The notes beneath the pieces are model-generated. The model was given only the letters and a program-made list of their open reading frames with translations. It was not told the origin of the DNA and did no database searches. Source: the human T2T-CHM13v2.0 reference genome, Homo sapiens. From it: DNA of 64,000 nt. Position 1 is the first letter of the stretch. The number at the start of each line of letters is the position of its first letter. Below, piece by piece: positions 15,068 through 26,536 of this stretch. Both the position numbers and the translations under genes were made by a program. The DNA lies in the NCBI RefSeq assembly GCF_009914755.1, contig NC_060938.1; one strand, written 5' to 3'.

Positions 15068-15560
15068 TTTTGATCCATTATCTTTTATTTTTTAAGTTTT
15101 TAAATTTTTTATTTCCATAGGTTTTTGGGGAACAGGTGGTATTTTGTTACATGAGTAAGTTCTTTAGTGATGACTTGTGAGATTTTGGTGTACCCATCAC
15201 CTGAGCAGTGTACACTGAACCCAATTTGTAGTTTTTTTATCCCTCATCCCCCTCCCACACTTTGCCCTGAGTTCCCAAAGTCCATTGTATCTGTCTTTTG
15301 CCTTTGCATCCTCATAGCTTAGCTCCCACTTATGAGTGAGAACATACAATGTTTGATTTCCCATTCCTGGGTTATTTTGCTTAGAATAATAGTCTCCATT
15401 TCCATCCAAGTTGCTGCAAATGCCATTAATCTATTTGTTTTTATAGCTTAGTAGTATTACACCATATGTATATATAAATACGTACCACATTTTCTCATTT
15501 TCTTTATCCACTTGTTGATTGATGGGCATTTGGGCTGGTTCCATATTTTTGCAATTGCAA
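15068..15560 (-). mobile_element. 5'-truncated L1PB1-like 3' end with 11-bp TSD
   Basis: 'atttccataggtttttggggaacaggtggtattttgttacatgagtaagttctttagtg' is L1PB-type; TSD atgtatccttt at 15057-15067 and 15561-15571. Confidence 0.92.
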
Positions 15561-17388
15561 ATGTATCCTTTCAAATATTAGCACAGGCATTGTGTAATAT
15601 ACTGTTGTCAGGGATGTCAGTGTGGTGAGACAGACTGACATTGAAACTGGAATTATAATACAATATGTGCTGATGTGCTAAAATAATAACATTGAATTTG
15701 GTCTGTGATCTATCTGGAGGATCTGAGAAGTCACAGTAAGGGAAGCAACTAAAATATAGGCTGTTGGCTGGAAGAAGTGGAGTAACAAGAGAGAAAGAAG
15801 ACAGTATGCACAAGCTTCATTTCTTCCAATCTTATTTCAAGAATATCCTTCTTTGCCAGGCTTTCAGTGAACCCAGCACTCTTCATTCACTCCCTTTGTG
15901 GTTACAAAACTTTTGAGTAATACTTTCTACAATAGTACATATCAAAATCTATTATAGTTATCAATATATATTACTGTCTCATCTGATAGTATATTCTAAG
16001 AGCTAAGAAGAATCATAGCATATTGACCTTAGTAAGTATTCCATTTGTTCTGCACTAGAATGAAAACCTGGTAGTCACTTAAATGTCGGAGTGATGTAAT
16101 GCCAGTAATTCCAGTCTGTCACAAACATTGATGCCAGTAATTAGTAACCATCTATAGGCAACAAACTAAATGTATTAAGATCTAGAAATATAGGGACATA
16201 AATTTACATTTATTATTTTAAACTATAAAGTGTTTAAAAAATTAGTTTCATGTTTATAAAACTTATCATTTTGAATCATAGAGCTTTTGGTGAACTGGCA
16301 TATTTGATATTCTGTATTGTGAACATGATGGAAAACATATCATAAATATAATTCTGTATGTGTCAAAACTAACAACTTTTGTTTCTTCAACTAACAACAT
16401 GGACCAAAAAAAATCAGAAAGTGAAATAAATTTGTATTTTTAGGGAATATAAATTGGATCAAGGCTAAAACATTCCTAATGTATCAAAAATCAATTACAT
16501 GAGCTTAAGTACATTGATGCATAGTATTTTAAATATGCTATTGTCTTGAAACTCATCACTCTTTAAAGCTTAAATTCAAAGATTCAACAAAATTATTTTA
16601 GAAGTAGAAAATAGATGAATTAATTTAGAAACTTTATTTATCAAAAGATGAAATCTCTTTCTGTTCCAATCAAAGATACTTAAAATTCACTTTTCTAGGA
16701 ACAGTAAAAATAGGTTTTACTTCTTTCAAGGGAAAATCTATTACAAGCATCTTGTTTACCCTTCTCTTTATGACTTCACTTGCTCCATTCTCTCTCAGTT
16801 ATCAGTTAAGAGAGACTGAATTTAGCATAATTAGTCTTTCTTTATGTGTTGCTTATAAAGCCTTACCAAATATATATTTATTAAGTCATACTTTAAGAAA
16901 AATGTAGAATATTGTCTAGAGTTGGAGGAAAAAATATTATTTCTCCCCACCCCATCCACAACTAGGGAAAAAATTGCTTTCAAGTATCTAGGCTGCAGAA
17001 CAATTCAGAACAAACGATTCTCTGCTCAGAAATGTCTCTTCTTAGCTATCAACATGATTTTCAATCAGGACAACAGAGACAAAGGAAACAGCATTTTACA
17101 ATTTGTAATAGGTATTCAGTGACTTTTTCTGAACTAGCCGTACCAAATTCTGTCTGAAAATGGCCTGAAGAAGCAATCCTTTGAAAGCTTCTAATCATTG
17201 ATTGCTGGGACCTTTTTCAACTTATTCCTTGTGTCAGATCATCAGTCTATCCAGTATGGTGGCTTGTCTCTATCATATCAGTGCCATTATACCTCCGTAG
17301 AAAACAGAAAGCTCTAAATATGCATCAAGTTTCTTATTTGCTGCTTTGTATGTGGTTTTTCTTAATGAGGCAGTTATATCCTATGAGA

Positions 17389-17676
17389 TTTTTTTTTTTT
17401 TTTTTTTTTTTGAGACGGTATCTTGCTCTGTCTCCCAGGCTGGAGTGTGGTGGCATGATCTTGGCCTCCCAGGTCATGCGATTCTCGAACTGCCTCAGCC
17501 TCCCGAGTAGCTGGGATTACAGGCGCCTGCTGCCATGCCCAGCTAATTTTTGTATTTTGGGTAGAGACGGGTTTCACTATGTTGGCCAGGCTGGTCCTGA
17601 ACTTTTGACCTCGTGATCCACCTGCCTCAGCCTCCCAAAATGCTGGGATTACAGGCGTGAGCCACCACGCCAGGCC
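17389..17676 (-). mobile_element. AluS (Sg-like) with ~16-bp internal deletion
   Basis: Poly-T plus both monomers; 'gacctcgtgatcc' 2-bp deletion; 'ttggc|ctccc' lacks tcactgcaacctccgc. Confidence 0.95.
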
Positions 17677-19303
17677 GAGAATATTTTATATAGTAAAGTT
17701 TTGCTCGTCTAGAAAACCTGTGAGATGAAAAGCCATTAATCAATTGAGACTATCACAAGCACTCCTGCTCTTCCTTCTTCCTCCAAAAAGTACACATAAA
17801 AGTGCAACTGCATCAGTATATACACATTCACTAATAATATCATAATTTTTCACTTTATTTGAAAAATTATTTTAATATTTTGAAATACTTCAAATTCTTA
17901 ATTTTTGCTTTTATCTAGCTCATTTACATACCATTTTGGTGTTTGTTTGTTTAGTTATTTTCTTTCTCCTTAAGAGAATCTCAAAACACATTCTCGATTC
18001 TCCAGGTTGCCATAACAATAAATTGTGTTGGGGGTGCCAATAATCCACTTTTCTTTTTCTCCAGGTTTGGAAATAGAGGAACATTCAGTAGCTTCTTTAG
18101 TGAATCACCTCCTAAATATGGAGCTGAATCTCCAACTGTGACTGCTGTTTACCATCTAATGGATGTTTTATCAAAAGTCTATCACTTGGGGCACTTCTGT
18201 TCCTATTCTTTTTTCTTTTTCTGGGTTCAAATTGTAATTACAAAAATATGTAGTTAGGAGGAAGGAGAAGAATGAGTCAAAATATAAGTGGGATTCAAAA
18301 GTTCCCTTTCAAAAAATGATAAAATGTTTCCACAAGAAGTACATTTGTTCCAGCCTTTGGTCGTTGATAATCCATCGTTTGAGGTTCTTTCTTCCTCTTC
18401 TGAATTATTTTATGAATGCAAAAATTTCACTGGGGGAAGCCAGCATGTATGTTAAACAGGGTCATCACAAACAAGCTGTGCTAAGGGCAGTCAGACAGGG
18501 ATAAAGTAAAACTTAGACTGCAAAAATGTTATTAGGAAGTCAGAGACACCTGATACACATTCATATAGAAATATATATATATTGAAAAATATAGTATCTC
18601 TAGAATTCTAATCCTGATTATCAATACTTTATTCTGATTATGTTATTTTGACATAAATGAGATGACCTAAGAAAAACAGCAGCATCAATTTTCCAAACCA
18701 TACGACTATAAGCCTTTTTGGTTAACACAACAAAGCAGTCTCTGTACTGTCCTGGCTTTCTTTCTTATCCACCTGAAAATCTTGACAGAAAAACCTCACA
18801 GTGGTAATCTAAATGAAGAATTTGTTTATAATCAACATGTTAATTCAGTTTGCATCTTGGTACAGGTGGTCAAGTTACTTGGTAGAATTTCCTCTATTAG
18901 GTTATAATATGCTTTTGAAATTACTTTTCATGTAAGATAAATGAGTTATTTTAAAATATATTTTCTTCAGTGAAACTCGTGTCTAGAACAAAAATCAAAG
19001 GATATTTTTTCCCTCAAATTATCCTAGAGTAAAATAATAAATTTGCTTCAGTGTTATGTCAACACCTAGAGATCATTTACATCAATTAAAATTGTTAAAT
19101 ATTTGTGCAGTGACTTCTATGTTTCCCTTAACCTTAGTTTCCCATTTATGATTGAGTTAAAATAAATTAAATAGTAAATACACAAAGTATTCAATGAGTA
19201 AAAGGCAGTTCCTGTGTTGCTCTCCTTTGTATTGTTTTATCTAACCAGAACTGTACACTGAATTGATGACCATACAAAGTCAGTTGATAAAAATACCAAT
19301 GTC

Positions 19304-19614
19304 AGCCAGGTGCGGTGGCTCAAACCTGTGATCCCAGCACTTTGGGAGTCCGAGGAGGGCGGATCATGAGGTCAAGAGATAGAGACCATCTTGGCCAACA
19401 AGGTGTAACCCCGTCTCTACTAAAAACACACAGATTAGCTGGGCGTGGTGGTGCGTGCCTGTAGTCCCAGCCACTCGGGAGGCTGAGGCAGGAGAATCAC
19501 TTACCCAGCAGGCAGAGGTTGCAGTGAGCTGAGATGGCACCACTGCACTCCAGCCTGGCGACAGAGGGAGACTCTGTCTCAAAACAAACAAACTACAGCA
19601 ACAACAACAACAAC
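19304..19614 (+). mobile_element. AluSc-like with 14-bp TSD and (CAA)n tail
   Basis: 'gaggtcaagagat' and 'cagcctggcgacag' diagnostics; TSD aaaataccaatgtc (19290-19303) / aaaacaccaatgtc (19615-19628). Confidence 0.96.
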
Positions 19615-19659
19615 AAAACACCAATGTCTTAATTTAACTTCTTTTTCCTCTTCGACAAC

Positions 19660-20015
19660 TGTATTAGTTCATTTTCACACTGCCATAAAGATTACCAGAC
19701 TGGGTAATTAAAAAAAAAAAAAAGGTTTAATTGACTCACAGTTCTGCATGACTGTGGAGGTCTCAGGAAACTTCTAATCATGGCAGAAGACAAATGGGAA
19801 ACAAGGCATGTCTTACATTGTGGCAGGAGAGAGAGAGAGCAAGGAAGTGCTACACTTCAAAACCATCTGCTTTTGTGAGAGCTCACTATCACGAGAACAG
19901 CATGGAGAAAATCCATCTGGGGATCCAATCACCTCCCACCAGGTCCCTTTCCTGACACATGGGGATTACAATTGGAGATGAGATTTGGATGGGGCCACAG
20001 AGCCAGACCATATCA
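19660..20015 (-). mobile_element. THE1D/MSTA-type MaLR solo LTR with 5-bp TSD
   Basis: tgtattag...ccatatca termini; TSD acaac at 19655-19659 and 20016-20020. Confidence 0.93.
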
Positions 20016-23000
20016 ACAACCTTGGGGTATTTTTGACTTATCAATCTATTCACATGACCTCAGTAACTATAGTTGTCTTCACCAGAAAGCTGGAAAAAAT
20101 GTCAAGCTATGGATTTATATATTTATTTCATATCTTACCCACCAGCTAAATGTAAATCTATTTGAATCTGTGTCTCATTTCCAGAGGAATTTTTGCTCAA
20201 TTTAACATACTTGAAAATAATCCCAAGCACCTAATATGTGTCATATTATAACAGTAAGTGCTCAATTAAAATGTGTTAAATTGCATAAAGTAATTAATCT
20301 AAAATTTGTTATTAAATAATATTTAATAGTAACTCATAGTGGTAACATCCCTAATGTTTCTGGAGAATAATAAGAAATTTTAAGTTAGTAATAACTTTAA
20401 TGCTGCCCAAGTCATAGCTCTAAAGTTGTAAAGTGGGACTTTAACAATAGCTTGGCAGAGGAAATAGTTGTAGTTTTGCATACTTCTCAAAGTGGACGAT
20501 ATACATGAGTGTCTGCTTTAAAACTAGATGTTTCAATATACACGAAGAATCGAGAATATGCAATGTTCAGAATGAACCAGATTATAGGTAATTTGTTTCT
20601 ATTTAAAGACACAACTTTATGGTAATTTTTTACATCTAAGAAGCGCAAAAATATATTTTAAATTAGATATATTCTTATATGAAAATATTGCAGATTTTTC
20701 AGTTATTAGCACATGACATAATAAAAAAATTTACATCTACTGAATATAGCTAAAGCCATCATTATCAACACAGGATGCCAAATAACCAGAGGCATTCTAA
20801 TAAAGTTGCTAGTCTGTTACTCTATTTCAATGACTTCTATTAAATAAATCACCTGTTTATCAGGATCTGAAATGTAATCAGAGATTTTTGTTTACATATA
20901 AAACCTTAAAAAAGAGAAAAAGATAAAAACAAAATTCGATCAATAACAAAATAACAAATGAATTCATCTTGCATTCTACATTAGTGATAACATAAATGTT
21001 TCAAAGTCAGTACGTAGGCTTACCTTCAGATAAAGTAGACCTCTTCATTTTATTATTATGAATCTAAGACATCATTAAGCTGGGGTGTTTTTTAACATTT
21101 TTTTGAGAAGCACAAATATTTTTAAACCAATATTTTATTTTCACTTTACAGATAAACATAGTGAGTGAACACATTGTAATTTTCTACAAATATTATGACA
21201 AATGACTTATGAGACAGATATACATTAACACATGGGCTACAGAACTTATTTCAAATAAAGAAGGAAAACTATAGAATAAATGAGAACAGCAAAAATGTCA
21301 ACAATAACAACAAATGTAAATTTTTTAATATATACCTTCTTAATTCTACTAATCATAGGCCTTATATTATTTAAAGATGAAATCACCATATAATACCAGC
21401 TTCTGCTATGTTAGTAATTAATCTCTTGTAAATCAGTTTATAATAAAATCTATCTTTATGCCAAATTTGTTATCTAATAGTTTTGTATTTATGTAAAATG
21501 GATATAAATCCAAATGATGTTATGCTAGGATGTCACCTAAAAATAGCCCCCACTCTAAATTGTCCATTTCCCTATTTTCTCACTGTTAAGACATTACTTC
21601 ATATAGAGTTTTGGTTGTTGAACCCCTCATTAACTATTAAAAGACTCATAAATTATCAGTTAATATCTTAGTAGGTTTTATCACTTTTTAAATTATAACC
21701 ACAATATTTGGGAAAGAGAGTTGGCAAAAGATGGCTAAGTTACTATGAAATATGAAGTCCGTAATGGAAAAGTAAAGTGTATTAAAAATATTATTTGCTA
21801 ACTTCTCAATGAAGAAAACATGTAGAAACATTCAGTTCTTGATTAATTAAAAAGGCAGAAGCCAAATTAAATTATATAATAATGATTTTTGAAACATATA
21901 TATGAAATGTGTTCATATAAATGAAGTGGCTTCACAGGTGGAAATTTGGGAAGATGGTGGAGTAGAAAACACCAGGAATACATTTCCCTAAATAGAAAAC
22001 AGTTACATAACAGAATCTATATAATGTAACAGTTTTGGAATTCTGTAGTCTATTTGAAGGTTTGTAACTGTCGGGGAATGTCTGAATGTTAAATTTTAAA
22101 TAATTTTAGTCAGTTTAAGCTCTTAGCTATCTTTCTAGCTACCTATTTTCTACTTCACCAGCCCCATGGCAGGGAACTCTACATGTACTCCAGAGACTGC
22201 TTTCATGCAGCCTGTGGGAGCCAGGTTGGGCAATAAGGGCCCTATCCTCTAAATATCAGGGACCTGTGTTCTAATCACGGATTGCTGTTTTATATCTTGG
22301 AGATGCAGGCATAGTGGTGGACAGCCACTGTTGCCCTCCTACTCACACTGTTGCAGGCCCCGCCCCCCCATAGCTGAAATAACTCTCAGGGAATTTAAAG
22401 GGCTCGTGCCTTTTAAAATTTCTCTCATTGTGCCCCTTAGTTTTTCCTCTTCTTTCTCTTTTGGGAGCCAAAATTTAAGGTCTAGGAACTTTAAAATCAA
22501 CCTTATATATGTAGAAATTCAGAGAGCCACCACATATGCCCCAAAAAACGCACACACTCAAAAAGTCTTGAGAAGATCTTACGTTTACCTTAGGCTGACC
22601 CCCAGCACAGAAACAACCTACAACAATCAAAATACACAACAAAATTATTTTTTAAAATCTGTAAATCCTGAGGAAGAGAGAGAATCTGATATCCCAAGGT
22701 ACTGAATTATTAAATTGAATTATCCAGTTAAAAAAACCACAAATGATATAAAGAAATGAGAAAGTGTGGCCCATATGGAAAAAATACCAACAGAAACCAT
22801 CCCTGAAAAGACATGAGGGCAAAGCTAATTGAAAAAGATGTTAAAACAACAGTATTAAAAATGCTGTAAGAATTTAAAGAAGACAATGGAGAAAATCAAG
22901 AAAATGATATATAAATAAAATGGAAATGTAAGTAAATAAATACAAAACCTGAGATGAAATAAAAAAGAAATCCTGGAGTTCAAAAGTACAGTAAAAGGAA

Positions 23001-24107
23001 TGGAAATTTTACCAGAAGAATTCAAAGGCAGATGTGAGCAGGCAGAAGATTCAGTAAATTTGAAGATAGTTTAAATTAAAATTATTAAGTCTGAGGAGCA
23101 GAAAGGGAAAAAAAGATTAAAGACAAGTGGAAAGAGTCCAAAGGAACTGTGAAACATCATCAACCTGACAAATGTACACATTGTGGTACTTGTAACAGAA
23201 GAAGATAGATGGAAAGATTATTCAAAGAACAATGGCCAAATATTCTTAATTTTGATGAAAGACATGAACATAAATATCTAAGAAGCCCACTGAAACCCAA
23301 GTGAGATGAACTCAAAGAGACCCACACTGAGACATATTATAATCAAACTATTGAAAGACAAAGGCAAAGTGATAATCTTATAAGAAACAAGAGAGAATCA
23401 ACTCATCACATACAAGGAATCTTCAATAAGATTATCATCATATTTCTTATCAGAAACTTTGCAGGTCATAAGTCAGTGGGCTGATATTGTCAAAGTGGTG
23501 AAAGAAAGAAACTATCAACCAAGAATCTTATATTCAACAAAAGTATCCTTCAAAGTGAGGGAGGGATTAAGATATTTTCAGATAGACAAAAGTTTGTAAT
23601 TATTAGACTAGACCCACGAGAAATACTAAAAGGAATTTTGCAGGTTGAAATGAAAGAACATTGGGCTGCAACACTAAGCCCTATGAAGAACATAGTCTCA
23701 GCAAAAGTAAATACATGGGTAATTACATAAGCTACTGTCATTGTAGCCTTGGTTTGTAACTGCACATTTTGTTTTCTGCATGATTTAAGAAACATACATT
23801 TACCAAAATGGTTGTACAAATAAAAGTTAATATTGTTGTAACTTTGGTTTGTAACTTAACATTTGTTTTCTACATAATTCAAGAGACTAATCCATTAAAA
23901 ACAATTATTAGTTTTTGCTTTAGGGCACACATATATAAAAATGTAATTTTGTGACAATATCTGAATGTGCATAGGGACAAAGTTATTTAGAAGCAGAATT
24001 TTTGTATTTTGTTGCATTTAAGATACAATAAATTCAAATTAGAATATTATTACTTTAGGATGTTAAATGTAATCCATATGGTAAATGCAAAAGAATAGCT
24101 ATAACAT

Positions 24108-24160
24108 AGACACACACACACACAAACACAAACACACACACACACAACCACACACACAAG
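24108..24160. repeat. Imperfect (CA)n microsatellite inside L1
   Basis: Direct reading. Confidence 0.9.
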
Positions 24161-26158
24161 AGAGAGAATGAAATTGAATTTAGATGTTTTCATACAAAAA
24201 AATCAGCTAAACCCAAAAAAGACAATAATGTAGGAAATAAAGGACAAAAAAGCTATAACATACAGAAAACAAATGACAAAATGACAGAAGTAAGTATTCT
24301 TATCTTTAATCATTTTAAACTTGTCTTATCAGAAAATCATTTAAATGTAAGTAGACTAAAATCTCCAGTCAAAATACAGAGATTGGCAGAGTAAATAATT
24401 TATAAATCTTAGCCAACTATATGTTGTGTATATATAGACTCACTTTAAATCCAAACACCCAAATAGGTTAAAAATGAAATAATAAAGAAATATAATTTAT
24501 GTAAATGGTAACTGAAGAATAATGGATGTCTAAACTAATATCAGACCAAATTGACATTTAACCAAAAAAGATTACAATAATAAAGGACATTACATATAAT
24601 AAAATATAATATTCAATTCAATGAGAAGATATACAATTATAAATACTTACACATCTCATAACAGACCATTATATATGAAACAGAAACTAACAATATTGAA
24701 GAGAGAAATAGATAGTTGTTTAATAATGGTTTTAGACTTTAATATGTCATTCCCAGTAATGAATAGAACAACCAAATTGAAGATAAGTAAGAATATAGAG
24801 AATTTGAACAACACAATAAGCCAACTAGATTTTACAGAAATATGCAGAACACTTTACCCAACAAGAGCAACATACTCATTCTTCTTAAGTGCACACATGA
24901 GGCATTCTCTGAGATAAGTCATATATCAGGACACAAATTAAGTGTCAAGAGATTTTAAAATATAAATATTATAGAAAGTATCTTCTTCAAACATAGTGGG
25001 AACAAGTTAGAAATCCATAACAAAAACAGAACTTGCAAATTTTTGTAAATTAAATGAATTAATATTAAACAAACAATGAATCAAAAAGAAATCACAACAG
25101 AAATTAGAAAATACTTGAGTAGAAATAAAAACAAAAACACAACACACCAAAACATATGTGAGGCAGTGGACATGGTACTAACGGAGAAATTTATATAAAC
25201 GCATTATAAAATAAAAAAATCTCTAATCAACAACTATATTTTACAACTTAAAGAATAAGAAAATCAAAAATAAACTAAACCCAAAGTTAGCTGAAAAATA
25301 AATAATAAAAATTAGAGCAGAGATAAATGAATTAAAGAATTAAAAATAGAGAAAAACATTTAAATCATAAGCTGGTCAATGTGTCATGTAGATCAACCAA
25401 GAAAATGAAGACAGGATATTAAAATTACTAAAATCAGAAATAAAAGTGGGGATGTTACTACTGTTACTACTAAAATTTAAAAAGAGATGCTAAGAGAATA
25501 CTATGAACAATTACACACAAACACATTGAATAACCTAGATGAAATGAACAAATTTCTAGAGATGCTAACCTTACCAAGACTGAATCACAAAGAAATAAAA
25601 AACCTGAATAGGATGAAAACTAGTAAGGTGATTGAATCTGTAATCAAAAATTTACCAAAAAAGAAAACCATACACTTGATGAATTTATATACTGGTAAAT
25701 TTTAACCAAACACTTAAAGAACTAACACCAATCTATCTCAAAGTTTTCAAAAAAATTAAAGAGAAAGAAACACTTTCTAACTTGTCCTATGAAACCAGCT
25801 TTGCTGTGATGCCAAAGCTGACAAGGCACTGAAAGAAAAGGAAACTAAAGACTAATATCTCTTATAAACATTGATGTAAAAATCTCAACAAAATGCTGGT
25901 GAGCTTAATTTAGCAACACACCAAATATATTATGCAAAATGACCAAGTGGGTTTTATTACTGGAATGCAAGAATGGTTCAACATATGAAAATAGATCAGT
26001 GTAATACACCACATTAACTGAATGAAGGACATAAAACATGTGATCATCTCAGTTGATTCAGAAAAAAATAAGTTGGACAAAATTCAACACTCTTTCATGA
26101 TAAAAATATTCGGTAAGCTAGGAATCCACAGAAACTACTTCAACATAATACAATCCAT

Positions 26159-26536
26159 TGTATTAGTCCATTCTCACACTGCTATGAATTAATACCTGAG
26201 ACTGGGTAATTTATAAAGGAAAGCGATTTAATTGACTCAACAGTTCTGCATTGCTAGGGAGGCCTCAGGAAACTTACAATCATGTCTGAAGGCAAGGAAG
26301 AAACAGGCACCTTCTTCACAGGGCAGCAGGAAGGAGAAGTGTCAAGCAAACAGGGAAGAGTCCCTTGTAAAACCATCAGATCTCATGAGAACTCACTCAC
26401 TATCATGAGAACAGCATGGGGAAAACTGCCCCCATAATCCAATTACATCCACCTAATCCCACCCCTGACACTTGGGGATTCCGGGGATTAAAATTCAAGA
26501 TGAGATTTTGGGTGGGGACATAGCCAAACCATATTA
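26159..26536 (-). mobile_element. THE1C/D MaLR solo LTR nested in L1 ORF2
   Basis: tgtattagtcc...aaaccatatta; TSD tccat/gccat; the L1 sequence resumes in register after it. Confidence 0.93.
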
